Shown: positions 12,021 through 23,490 of the stretch, piece after piece | Numbering within the stretch: position 1 is the first letter of the stretch | Layout of the letters: each line of letters begins with the position of its first letter | Source of the DNA: Octopus bimaculoides | Lineage: Eukaryota | Assembly: GCF_001194135.2 (NCBI RefSeq) | Contig: NC_068997.1 | Coordinates: forward strand, 22,087,696-22,122,676 | Length of the DNA stretch: 34,981 bases | Reading direction: 5' to 3' | Program-made: the position numbers and the translations under genes | Notes under the pieces: generated by a model | Seen by the model: the letters and a program-made list of their open reading frames with translations, nothing else | Told to the model about the DNA's origin: nothing | Database searches by the model: none

Positions 12021-12789
12021 ATTTCTTATATTTGCCATTGAAACATAGTTCAGTGGAACCTCACAAGAACAGTCTACAATATTTGTCTGGGTTTGCGTAA
12101 AAGATGTGGAGGAACAAAATGGTGGTGGTGGGGGGAAAGGAACAGACTGTGATATGAGATAAAAGTATACACGGTATACAAACTATCTTAACAATAATAG
12201 CGATAATAACAAATACATGAATAGATAAATAAACAAATAAATAAAGAAATAGGTAGACAAATATACAAAGTAAAAACTAAATGTATCATAGAGAAATAAA
12301 TAAAACGGTGGTTTAAATTATACAACTAATACCGTTTTAAACAACAATATGTTAACTATTTGCGGAGAGGTAGAGTCTGCCAGGCTCTGCCATTGACGAG
12401 TTGATATACGGTGCCAGCCAGCTAAATTGGATTCTGGAAATGGATGAGTGGGTGGTTGAGGCGTAGTATGTGGTAGTTCGGTCATGTTAGAAACAGGAAG
12501 AATACGTCCATGATAAATCGAAATTGGAATGCTATACTCTGAATATAAGCAGTGCCTCTTCTATAGGAGAAATTGGATTTTGCATAAATAACCATTCCTT
12601 TGGAATGTTTCAATCTAGTCTATCACCAAGCAAACACATTATTTCGTGCTTCTCCTCCTTCACCTCCTGTTTCTTTTCTTTCTTTACTTTTCCTCTTCCT
12701 CCGACTCGTCCTTTCTTGTTTGTGTTGTTGCGATTCTTCGTCGTCTTTTCCCGTTTCCTTTTTCATATTGGGCCACTTTCCAGCCAAAC

Positions 12790-12960
12790 CTCACAACAGC
12801 CACAACCACTTCCAAAACTACCACCACCACCATCACCTCCGCCACAGCCGCCGCAGCCACCGCTCCCGCTGCCACCTGCCACCGCCCCACTACCGCTGCC
12901 ACCGTCGCCGCTGCCGCCTTCACACCCTCCACTGCCACCACGACAGTAACAACTACAATG
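12790..12960. repeat. Degenerate (CCA/CCG)n low-complexity tract
   Basis: Imperfect triplet repeat; all frames give low-complexity P/T/H/G/V peptides. Confidence 0.8.
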
Positions 12961-13799
12961 AAAATNNNNNNNNNNNNNNNNNNNNNNNNNNNNNNNNNNN
13001 NNNNNNNNNNNNNNNNNNNNNNNNNNNNNNNNNNNNNNNNNNNNNNNNNNNNNNNNNNNNNNNNNNNNNNNNNNNNNNNNNNNNNNNNNNNNNNNNNNNN
13101 NNNNNNNNNNNNNNNNNNNNNNNNNNNNNNNNNNNNNNNNNNNNNNNNNNNNNNNNNNNNNNNNNNNNNNNNNNNNNNNNNNNNNNNNNNNNNNNNNNNN
13201 NNNNNNNNNNNNNNNNNNNNNNNNNNNNNNNNNNNNNNNNNNNNNNNNNNNNNNNNNNNNNNNNNNNNNNNNNNNNNNNNNNNNNNNNNNNNNNNNNNNN
13301 NNNNNNNNNNNNNNNNNNNNNNNNNNNNNNNNNNNNNNNNNNNNNNNNNNNNNNNNNNNNNNNNNNNNNNNNNNNNNNNNNNNNNNNNNNNNNNNNNNNN
13401 NNNNNNNNNNNNNNNNNNNNNNNNNNNNNNNNNNNNNNNNNNNNNNNNNNNNNNNNNNNNNNNNNNNNNNNNNNNNNNNNNNNNNNNNNNNNNNNNNNNN
13501 NNNNNNNNNNNNNNNNNNNNNNNNNNNNNNNNNNNNNNNNNNNNNNNNNNNNNNNNNNNNNNNNNNNNNNNNNNNNNNNNNNNNNNNNNNNNNNNNNNNN
13601 NNNNNNNNNNNNNNNNNNNNNNNNNNNNNNNNNNNNNNNNNNNNNNNNNNNNNNNNNNNNNNNNNNNNNNNNNNNNNNNNNNNNNNNNNNNNNNNNNNNN
13701 NNNNNNNNNNNNNNNNNNNNNNNNNNNNNNNNNNNNNNNNNNNNNNNNNNNNNNNNNNNNNNNNNNNNNNNNNCCCTGCATTTTTATTTGTTATTGAAA

Positions 13800-13828
13800 T
13801 GATCATTGCAACAATCATGATGATGATT

Positions 13829-13865
<37 letters not shown>

Positions 13866-13925
13866 ATACCGTGATGATGAGCATGACGACCATCTGCATC
13901 ATCACAAATTTTCATCACCACCACC
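13800..13925. repeat. (ATC/ATG)n repeat
   Basis: Directly visible. Confidence 0.9.
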
Positions 13926-14732
13926 CCACCACCCCGGCCAACCCCAAAACAAGTTCAATTCTTAGTCCTGCTGAGGTTCCCCAGGACATACAATGAAAAT
14001 ACAAATCTGTCCTTTTCACCCACACTGCAATCCCTCCATCTACAGATATTCCGCATCCTAATTGTATTCTTGACGGTGTGTACGTAGATTTTCCCCTTCA
14101 TACTTTATTTCCTTATTTTATTTATCTTTTTTGTTAAGTTACATTTGAAAACCAATAGCGACACGCTATATATATATATATATACACGGACACGAGAAGC
14201 AGAGAAGAAGCGGGAGGTGGGGGTGCTGAATGAAATTCATTCCACCCCCCTTGACTCCACAATCAAAGCTAGCAAAGGCTGATTACTCGGATGTCTCGTA
14301 AAGAAAGCATAATGATATTTGTGCCAAGCTAGAGGTTGGTTTCCAGCGATAATTATCATAGAGCATCGCATGCAACGAGAACGCCTTGGAATTGCAAGGA
14401 TTTTTAGCATCTAATCTCGCAGGCGATCCATCAAGGATCAGATCTCAACTACCACTACCTAGAGAAGAGTCGTGGATATGGAGAGGAGAAGGGATGGGGA
14501 AAAAACAAAAAAAACAAAACAAAACAAAACAACGTCAAGATAACCTTCCCTAACAATAAAAACAACAACAATAATAATATAATAAGGTAAAAAAATAAAT
14601 ATATGTACATAGTCCACACGGTAAATATCATGTCCTACAACTTGGCCTTTCTCTATTTTCTTTATTTAAAGTTCTTACATGCATCCATCTTTATCTGTAG
14701 CTGCTTGCTCAGTTCACATTCTGCACGTTCAC

Positions 14733-14766
14733 AATAATAATAATAATAGTAATAATAATAATAATA

Positions 14767-14849
<83 letters not shown>

Positions 14850-14862
14850 TATTATTATTATT
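14733..14862. repeat. (AAT)n with AGT interruptions, switching to (ATT)n
   Basis: Directly visible. Confidence 0.95.
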
Positions 14863-15228
14863 ATCTCTTAACCATAATTATATTTATATACACTCACATA
14901 TATATGTACATACATACACATATATGTATGTTCATATATGTATATGTATATANNNNNNNNNNNNNNNNNNNNNNNNNNNNNNNNNNNNNNNNNNNNNNNN
15001 NNNNNNNNNNNNNNNNNNNNNNNNNNNNNNNNNNNNNNNNNNNNNNNNNNNNNNNNNNNNNNNNNNNNNNNNNNNNNNNNNNNNNNNNNNNNNNNNNNNN
15101 NNNNNNNNNNNNNNNNNNNNNNNNNNNNNNNNNNNNNNNNNNNNNNNNNNNNNNNNNNNNNNNNNNNNNNNNNNNNNNNNNNNNNNNNNNNNNNNNNNNN
15201 NNNNNNNNNNNNNNNNNNNNNNATATAC

Positions 15229-15280
<52 letters not shown>

Positions 15281-15725
15281 GTATGTATGTATGCATGCAT
15301 GCATGTTTCTATCTTTAATATAAACTTGAAAGCTTGCATGTATATCAATTTTATTTGATTTAACCATTTTATAAGGAGAATGTATTGTTCAGAAAGACAG
15401 GAGCTAAATTCGATATTTCGTTAAACCAATTCTTCGTTCCCTATCTATCTCTCTAGATATTACACAATTAAGGTCCCGTTTTCAAGAACACACTTTGAAA
15501 AGACGATAAAACCTACCGATACGTTACAGGCAGCTGTAAATAAAGATAACCGTTTGGTGTCGATTTCCGAAACACTAGAGTGAAATAAAGTTGCAAATCT
15601 GAGGCGGAGATAGGGTTTCAATCCCGGTTGAAAATATTTTCTTTCACTTAGAGAACTCATTGTCTAAGATTGTATTGAAACATCTGTCTTTCTACCTTTC
15701 GAGATATAACATGTAGCTTTTAATT

Positions 15726-15900
15726 GTTGCAGTCACTGCGGCCATGCTGGAGCACCGCCTTCAAAGATTTAGTCGGATATTTCGATCACAGTAGTTATTT
15801 TTAATCCTGGTAATTATTCTATCACTTTCTTATGGACGAATCGCTAGGTTACGGAGATGTAAACAAACCGACACCGGTTGTCAAGCGGCGGTGAAGAATG
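15726..15900 (-). mobile_element. SINE family A, 3' half
   Basis: ACTGCGGCCATGCTGGAGCACCGCCTT...GGTTACGGAGATGTAAACAAACCGACACCGGTTGTCAAGCG; homologous to 4347-4560; followed by microsatellite. Confidence 0.85.
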
Positions 15901-16322
15901 TGCACAAACGCACGCGCAGACACACCCACGCAGATACATACACATATGCATGTGTATATATATCTGTATAATGTGTGTAAATATATGTGTGCATATATAT
16001 ATATGTACATATATATGTATGTATATATGTATATATATGTATATATATATGTGTATATATGTATGTATATGTATATATATATATATATATATNNNNNNNN
16101 NNNNNNNNNNNNNNNNNNNNNNNNNNNNNNNNNNNNNNNNNNNNNNNNNNNNNNNNNNNNNNNNNNNNNNNNNNNNNNNNNNNNNNNNNNNNNNNNNNNN
16201 NNNNNNNNNNNNNNNNNNNNNNNNNNNNNNNNNNNNNNNNNNNNNNNNNNNNNNNNNNNNNNNNNNNNNNNNNNNNNNNNNNNNNNNNNNNNNNNNNGAG
16301 AGAGAGAGAGAGAGAGAGAGAG

Positions 16323-16380
16323 AGACCCTGAAAGAATGAAATGCGCAGTCAACCTCCAAGGAATACGGACAAAATACCAC
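16323..16380 (-). mobile_element. SINE family B central-domain fragment (degenerate)
   Basis: GACCCTGAAAGAATGAAATGCGCAGTCAACCTC resembles the reverse complement of GAGGTCGACTTTGCCTTTCATCCTTTCGGGGTC. Confidence 0.55.
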
Positions 16381-18296
16381 CAATCATTTTCCCCGCTGTA
16401 ATAACAATTTTGCTAGCTCACCGCCTTAGCCGTGTGCAATATCAGAAAACGCTAACCGGAGGTGCAGCATACGAAACTACACAGGCGCAAAGCGAACCTC
16501 TCAACCACAAAGCCATTCCCGCAACAAATAATATATCCATTTCAAAGGCGTAAAACAAAGTATGTCATGTGATAATGAAGTGACTTAAGAGTGGAACCAC
16601 TCTTATATCGAAGATGCTTAAGAAACATGGAACCGTTTACAGCGTCCTATGCACCCATAAATAAAAGCGACTGGATTTGTTTATTTCAACCAGGCCCTCG
16701 AATTATAGGTGGTGATATCTTTGCGACGATTTATCCGCTCGGCTCATCGAACTCTTCCATATTTATATAACATAATATTCATAAATCGATAAGTTTTATA
16801 CTAAAGTTGGTAATCACATACAGCTGCTCCAATGAATCACTGCTTCTGTCTAACCGTATTCTTTAAGCTCGTAACTTAAGTCCTATTGCTTCAGTCTTTG
16901 AGCTAACCTAAACAGAGAGGCACAGTGACTGAGATTTTGAGAAAGAAAGACGGGGTGGGGGGGATATATAGGGAGAGAGAGGAAACGAGAGAGTGAGAGC
17001 AAAAGAGATGCTGGATTATTTATTCAACTGTGACAATATGAATATAGCGAGATTTGACACTCTGACAGCTGTAGATTAATATTCTAATTAGCTGTCAGTC
17101 TCACCTCTGTATACGCTATTCAAAAACAGAAAAACCCGATACAGTATACTTGCGATTTAAGAAAAAAAAAAAGTATTTTTTTTCCCCTTATTTTAGTTGC
17201 ATAACATGAAAATCACTGAATATGTTCTGAACAAGAACTCAGTCGGAGATACATGCATACATACTGAAATTACAAACATTTACACACACAAACGCACGCG
17301 CACGCACACACATACACATTTATATACATACATTTCTATACATATATATACTGACCGCACACATAACACATACACACCATACACACACAAACACACACAC
17401 ACACATATATATATATACATATATATATATAGTCGTAATATTAAATATATGCTTATGAGTGATACGTACATACACACACACGCNNNNNNNNNNNNNNNNN
17501 NNNNNNNNNNNNNNNNNNNNNNNNNNNNNNNNNNNNNNNNNNNNNNNNNNNNNNNNNNNNNNNNNNNNNNNNNNNNNNNNNNNNNNNNNNNNNNNNNNNN
17601 NNNNNNNNNNNNNNNNNNNNATATATATATATATATATATATTTACGAGAAAGAAAGAGAGAGAGAGAGGAACAGACACAGACAGGGATGCACACGAAGT
17701 CATACTCATACAGAAGAACAGGTAAGCTTACATATAAACACACATACACTCGCCTCACAAAATATAGAGACCTTTACATACACACGTATATAAGATGTAT
17801 ATATGTGTGTGTGTGTAGAGAGAGAGAGAGAAACAAAGAGAGAGCTACACAGGAAGTGACACACATGCATAACTCCACAAACATGTATACACACATATAA
17901 TTACACAAACGTTCACATGTATACATGCATATGTATAGGGTAGCGAATATTTTATCAGCAATACCCTGAATCAATATTCAGCCAGAGTTGCAATAGTTTA
18001 AAGAAAGAATATCTTGAGAAGATCTGAAGCTTTCCTTTGCCATATAAGTTTACACAAAATTCTATTACCATACATTAGTTTTCGCAAAAGCTACTTGGCT
18101 TTTAGATTTATGAGTGATTTTCGTTTTTTGAATATCTATCCACCTGTTGCTTTAGACATGTATTCATACACCTTTGAACCTAATGGTTTACACGTGAACA
18201 TTACGCGAGCACATACACAGTCACACACACGCTCACACACGCACACACACACACATATACACTTACTCGCACACACACATATACACACGCACACAC

Positions 18297-18378
18297 GCTC
18301 GGTTAAGAGGTTCCCTAGGCAACTATTTGGACCCTGGATCAATTCCACCAGTGCTAGACGTTTTGCATGTGTTCTCTC
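18297..18378 (+). mobile_element. SINE family A head, highly degenerate
   Basis: GGTTAAGAGGTTCCCT...GGATCAATTCCACC...TGCATGTGTTCTCT loosely follows the head at 32004-32170; followed by (TACA)n. Confidence 0.4.
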
Positions 18379-18403
18379 ATACATACATACATACATACAT
18401 ACA

Positions 18404-18435
<32 letters not shown>

Positions 18436-18504
18436 AATATAGATAGGCATGTATAAATCCATATATATACAGATAAATAAATAAAAAAATATATATGCAT
18501 GTAC

Positions 18505-18784
<280 letters not shown>

Positions 18785-18785
18785 G

Positions 18786-19420
18786 TACAGAGTATTCGAG
18801 CTAAATGTGGCAGTTTGTAGAAAATAAAGGAGAACACAATATTCCATATAAAAATAAAAGTATTCTAAAACATGGAAAATCGTAAACTCCATTAAGGCTG
18901 GGGAATAGCAGTTACTCAAAGTAACCGCCGTCATATTTCGCCACCGCCTCAAGAAGGGCTCCGGAACCTGGTGCATGTGTCCCCGAGAAGACCTTCAAAG
19001 ACTTCTTTTATCTTGACCATGAGCTCAGTCATGCTGTTGCAAACATCTCGGTGGGCATCTTTCTTAATTGCACCCTACACATAGTTGGGATTACAATTGG
19101 GGTCATTAGAAAGCCATAATAGGCGCTGGTTAAGTCTCCGACATCTACTTTTCATTCTTTCAGGAGGAATGGTAAGGAGCCGAATCCTGCTGTCACACAT
19201 GGCTTTCCAGCATCAATCTTCTCCAGCCAAGGTTTGACCACAGTCACCTGCAGCTTCACATAGCCTTCTGAATGGAGACTGAGGATCCCTTCAAAGATGT
19301 TTCAGTGGCATGACTTTAGACTCACAGGAGGCACACCCAGAAACCATCACATATTGGAGTAACTTGGTTTCCGTGAAATCCATAAGTGATGTCCATATCC
19401 TTCTTAAAGACGTTAGAGTG
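18786..19420 (-). mobile_element. Decayed maT/DD37D-like Tc1/mariner transposon, 3' part with probable terminus
   Basis: Minus-strand peptides YVMVSGCASCESKVMP, LSLHSEGYVKLQVTVVKPWLEKIDAGKP, QQDSAPYH, ELMVKIKEVFE, TCTRFRS; TA-CAGAGT...AGCTAAAT at 18786 resembles a TA-CAGGGTG terminus. Confidence 0.8.
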
Positions 19421-19545
19421 TTCACAAAGCATCGAGCATCAATCATGATGTCGACATTTTCACACCTGACACGCATCATCATGATACAGGTAATTCTTTC
19501 CCAATATTCTGATAGCTTCTGGGCTTCTATGTCAGCTAATATTTT

Positions 19546-19768
19546 CTAGGGCGGCGAGCTGGCAGAAACGTTAGCACGCCGGGAGAAATGTTTAGCAGCA
19601 TTTCGTCTGTCTATGTTCTGAGTTCAAATTCCGCCGAGCTCGACTTTGCCTTTTACCCTTTCGGGGTCAACAAATTAAGTACCGATTGCGTACTGGGGGT
19701 CGATCTAATCGACTGGCTCTCTCCACCAAAATTTCGGGTTTTGTGCCTAGAGTAGAAACGAATATTTT
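19546..19768 (+). mobile_element. SINE family B, full length (tRNA-derived, Meta-like central domain)
   Basis: A-box-like GAGCTGGCAGAAACG, B box GAGTTCAAATTCC, central GACTTTGCCTTTTACCCTTTCGGGGTC resembling the MetaSINE/Sauria-SINE domain, tail GTGCCTAGAGTAGAAA; AATATTTT at 19538-19545 and 19761-19768 is a possible target-site duplication. Confidence 0.88.
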
Positions 19769-20526
19769 ACTCAACTATAACTGGTCACAATGCGATTCAA
19801 ATTCTTTCTTGATTTTGCCATTCTCTAACATATCGGCCCAAAGCATTTAACTAAATCGTCTTCCCTTAGCCGTGAAGGTATTCAGAATTGCGTTTTCCGA
19901 TCTCTTGGATAGCACTAGACAAATGCAGATGTCCATCTGGTACCTGTAAACCTTTCAACCTGTCCAACCCAGCAGAAATTGTCATTTTTGTATTTTGCAA
20001 TCACGTCGTGCACTCTATTCCACTCACGATTTACTTCCTTTCTAATACGCATTCGCAATCATATATACATTAAGCCAAATGGGTGCCAAATATGCTTATG
20101 AACCATACATACATTCTTGTGCCTGTTAACAGAAGGAAAAAAATATACAGATGTACGGCCCTATCTAAACAGATAAAAGGCAGTAAGAAGAGTTACAGCA
20201 ATATATTAGGGAACATTACATACATAACTGCATGTAGATTAGTTTTTCATTAAATTTATTATGGTTATGCATTTATATGATGTAAATTATTACCTTTATC
20301 TTATCTATAATGATTGCATATACAATACATGCACGCGCATATATTCAGACGCAAATACGCATGTTTATAATTGTATATACATCTTTATAAACATAAAACA
20401 AACATAGTCGTATATCACTATGTATATACACATATAACTACATATACATATATATATACATAGACCCATGTATATGTGTTCTATTTATTCTCAGCAGTGT
20501 TTCATGTTTATTAACTATTCATTGCT

Positions 20527-20581
<55 letters not shown>

Positions 20582-20699
20582 GCATATATGCATACAAACT
20601 TCCTTGCATATATACATATATATATAATTGTGTGTGTGTATATGTATATATATATGCGTGTGTGTATGTATATATATATCTATACATACACACACATGA

Positions 20700-20890
20700 C
20701 CATTATTATGATTGACCGTTGACTGAACACTATTCAATTTTTTTCTCCGTGTTTTTCTCCTTGTCTCCGTATTCTTTCTGTTGAAGAGCGTAGCTCGAAA
20801 CGTCAAAGACTTTCCGTATTCCCGAGCGTCATACTAATATATACTTTTGTTATTTACACCACCTGTCCTCGTCTGTTGTTATTATTTGTA
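20700..20890 (+). mobile_element. Probable Penelope-like terminal-repeat segment
   Basis: TTGAAGA-GCGTAGCTC-GAAA-CGTC has the order and spacing of the hammerhead-derived motif typical of Penelope-like element ends, in T-rich flanks. Confidence 0.55.
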
Positions 20891-20897
20891 TATTCTC

Positions 20898-20954
<57 letters not shown>

Positions 20955-21191
20955 TATATAAATATTATGTTTGTATGCATGCTTATATAATATATACATA
21001 TACGCACGTATATACACATTTATATGCACACGTAAATGCTCACTAATTCAAATGTATGTATATCCAACTGATGCGTACTTGTATAATTTATATGTTTGTG
21101 TATGTATTTGTGTGTATGTGAGTGTGTATACTTACATACATTTTTATATACATGCAGATATTCATTATATATATAGGAATATTTATCTACA

Positions 21192-21235
21192 GAATAACTT
21201 TATTTGTGAATAACTTTATCTGTGAATAACTTTAT
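21192..21235. repeat. 16-bp tandem repeat, about 2.75 copies
   Basis: GAATAACTTTATTTGT / GAATAACTTTATCTGT / GAATAACTTTAT. Confidence 0.95.
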
Positions 21236-21280
21236 ACGTTTCTTTTATTATCGTTTTCCTTCTCTTTTTTCTTCATTTAG

Positions 21281-21321
21281 GTGTTGCCCTCACTGCATTA
21301 CCAGGGAGACAATTCATGTGT
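21281..21321 (+). other. Candidate 41-nt exon of an unidentified transcript
   Basis: ~40-nt pyrimidine tract ending TTCATTTAG, then GTAAGT at 21322-21327; all three frames open; product not recognised. Confidence 0.35.
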
Positions 21322-21596
21322 GTAAGTAATGCATAATTAAACCCGGTTAAAATCTCACAGATTACTTAAATAAATTTCTTCAGCAGGCTCCCGTGTAGCA
21401 ACTTCTTTTTACAATCTCCATGACATTTGAATTGCATTTAACAAAATTGATGAATCTTTGAATAAAATGATCCTTTGTTTTTTTAAAATTTCTTTTATTT
21501 TCTGAAGTATTGTACTTTTTGCACATTTTTTTTTTGTAAATATACAATCTCTCAGCGTTACTTTGAGATGCGCATGCGCGCTTTCTTTCAAGTGTA

Positions 21597-21697
21597 GGTA
21601 CACACATTGATATTTTGGGGTAGGCGGTTTTATCAAACATGAAAGGCTAGCGGAATGCAGATCCGGCGTGCAAACGATTCTGCTGGCTCGCCGCCTT
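21597..21697 (-). mobile_element. SINE family B, multiply deleted copy
   Basis: Reverse complement AAGGCGGCGAGCCAGCAGAATCGTTTGCACGCCGG then short pieces ATTCCGC, GCCTTTCAT, GATAAAA, CCCCAAAAT, GTGTACCT in family-B order. Confidence 0.6.
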
Positions 21698-21859
21698 TAC
21701 ACACACAAGCACGCACATACGCACACATATCCATATATATGTCTATATATATGTATATATAATATAGACATATATATGGATATGTGTGCGTATGTGCGTG
21801 CTTGTGTGTGTATGCGTGTGTATACTGTATATAAGCACACTNNNNNNNNNNATATATAT

Positions 21860-22025
21860 ATATAATACAAATAATAAATGAGTATATGCATATATACGTA
21901 CATGTATGTACATACTTACATCTGCCTGTATATATATAGATGCATATCTGGGTACAGGACGTTGCAAACAAAACGTAGACAAAAAATAATAAACGGAGTA
22001 CAGAAAACACACAGGCCACATAGAG
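21860..22025 (-). mobile_element. Second copy of the dispersed repeat at 9961-10110
   Basis: Shared CTCTATGTGGC-TGTGTGTTTTCT...GTCTACGTTTTGTTTGCAA-GTCCTGTACCCAGATATGCA...CATATACTCATTTA; this copy has an extra ~20-bp segment. Confidence 0.8.
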
Positions 22026-22182
22026 ATACATAAATACGCGCATAAATATGTGTATAAGTGCGTGTGTGTGTGTGTAAACTGACATTTCGTCATACAAGTA
22101 TATCAAACTGAGTTGTTTAAATAATTCTCTTTGGAATATTTCGAAGCACGCACAGAGATCTATAAATAATCCTTTCTACTAT

Positions 22183-22390
22183 AGGTAGCCAGGCCTGAAA
22201 TTTTGCAGTAGGGGGGCAAGTCAATTACATCGACTCCAGTGCGTAACTCGAACCTGAAAAGCAAATTCGACCTCGGCGGAATTTGAACTCAGAACGTAGC
22301 GACAGATGAAATACCTATTTCTTTATTGCCCACAAGGGGCTAAACATAGAGGAGACAAACAAGGACAGACAAAGCGATTAAGTCGATTAC
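22183..22390 (-). mobile_element. Dimeric SINE family B, 3' part, truncated by gap
   Basis: Reverse complement gives GTAATCGACTTAATC...TTTAGCCCCTTGTGGGCAATAAAGAAATAGGTATTTC, then B box GAGTTCAAATTCCGCCGAGG and a monomer tail. Confidence 0.85.
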
Positions 22391-23126
22391 NNNNNNNNNN
22401 NNNNNNNNNNNNNNNNNNNNNNNNNNNNNNNNNNNNNNNNNNNNNNNNNNNNNNNNNNNNNNNNNNNNNNNNNNNNNNNNNNNNNNNNNNNNNNNNNNNN
22501 NNNNNNNNNNNNNNNNNNNNNNNNNNNNNNNNNNNNNNNNNNNNNNNNNNNNNNNNNNNNNNNNNNNNNNNNNNNNNNNNNNNNNNNNNNNNNNNNNNNN
22601 NNNNNNNNNNNNNNNNNNNNNNNNNNNNNNNNNNNNNNNNNNNNNNNNNNNNNNNNNNNNNNNNNNNNNNNNNNNNNNNNNNNNNNNNNNNNNNNNNNNN
22701 NNNNNNNNNNNNNNNNNNNNNNNNNNNNNNNNNNNNNNNNNNNNNNNNNNNNNNNNNNNNNNNNNNNNNNNNNNNNNNNNNNNNNNNNNNNNNNNNNNNN
22801 NNNNNNNNNNNNNNNNNNNNNNNNNNNNNNNNNNNNNNNNNNNNNNNNNNNNNNNNNNNNNNNNNNNNNNNNNNNNNNNNNNNNNNNNNNNNNNNNNNNN
22901 NNNNNNNNNNNNNNNNNNNNNNNNNNNNNNNNNNNNNNNNNNNNNNNNNNNNNNNNNNNNNNNNNNNNNNNNNNNNNNNNNNNNNNNNNNNNNNNNNNNN
23001 NNNNNNNNNNNNNNNNNNNNNNNNNNNNNNNNNNNNNNNNNNNNNNNNNNNNNNNNNNNNNNNNNNNNNNNNNNNNNNNNNNNNNNNNNNNNNNNNNNNN
23101 NNNNNNNNNNNNNNNNNNNNNNNNNN

Positions 23127-23490
23127 GCTTAGCGGTATTTCGTCGGTCGTTACGTTCTGAGTTCAAATTCCGCCGAGGTCGACTTTGCCTTTCATCCTTT
23201 CGGGGTCGATAAATTAAGTACCAGTTACGCACTGGGTCGACGTAATCGACTTAATCCGTTCGTCTGTTCTTGTTTGTTCCCTCTATGTTTAGCCCTTTGT
23301 GGGCAATAACGAAATAGGTATTTCGTTTCTCTTATCTTTAAGTTCTGAGTTCAAATTCCGCCGAGGCCGACTTTGCCTTTCATCCTTTCGGGGTCGATAA
23401 ATTAAGTACCAGTTGCGTACTGGGGTCGATCTAAATCGACTGGACCCCTCCCCCAAAATTTCGGGCCTTGTGCCTAGAGTAAAAAAGAAA
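23127..23490 (+). mobile_element. Dimeric SINE family B
   Basis: Two tandem B-box + central-domain units (~23140-23255, ~23317-23480) joined by a ~65-nt linker shared with 22183-22390; A-rich tail. Confidence 0.9.

Noticed and set aside
12524-12949. 141-aa proline-rich ORF (formin/extensin-like tail)
   Set aside because: Poly-Pro comes from a degenerate (CCA/CCG)n tract that is open in several frames on both strands; the N-terminal part is a pyrimidine tract.
19140-19180. TTTCATTCTTTCAG|GAGGAATG|GTAAGG micro-exon-like signal
   Set aside because: 8 nt only and lies antisense within the transposase relic; likely chance.
19546-19640. tRNA genes suggested by A/B-box motifs (also 32004-32080)
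   Set aside because: No complete cloverleaf, and they continue into repeated SINE bodies; these are tRNA-derived heads.
21192-21235. CRISPR-like interpretation of short direct repeats (also 7528-7586)
   Set aside because: No unique spacers of CRISPR length, no cas genes, eukaryotic context.
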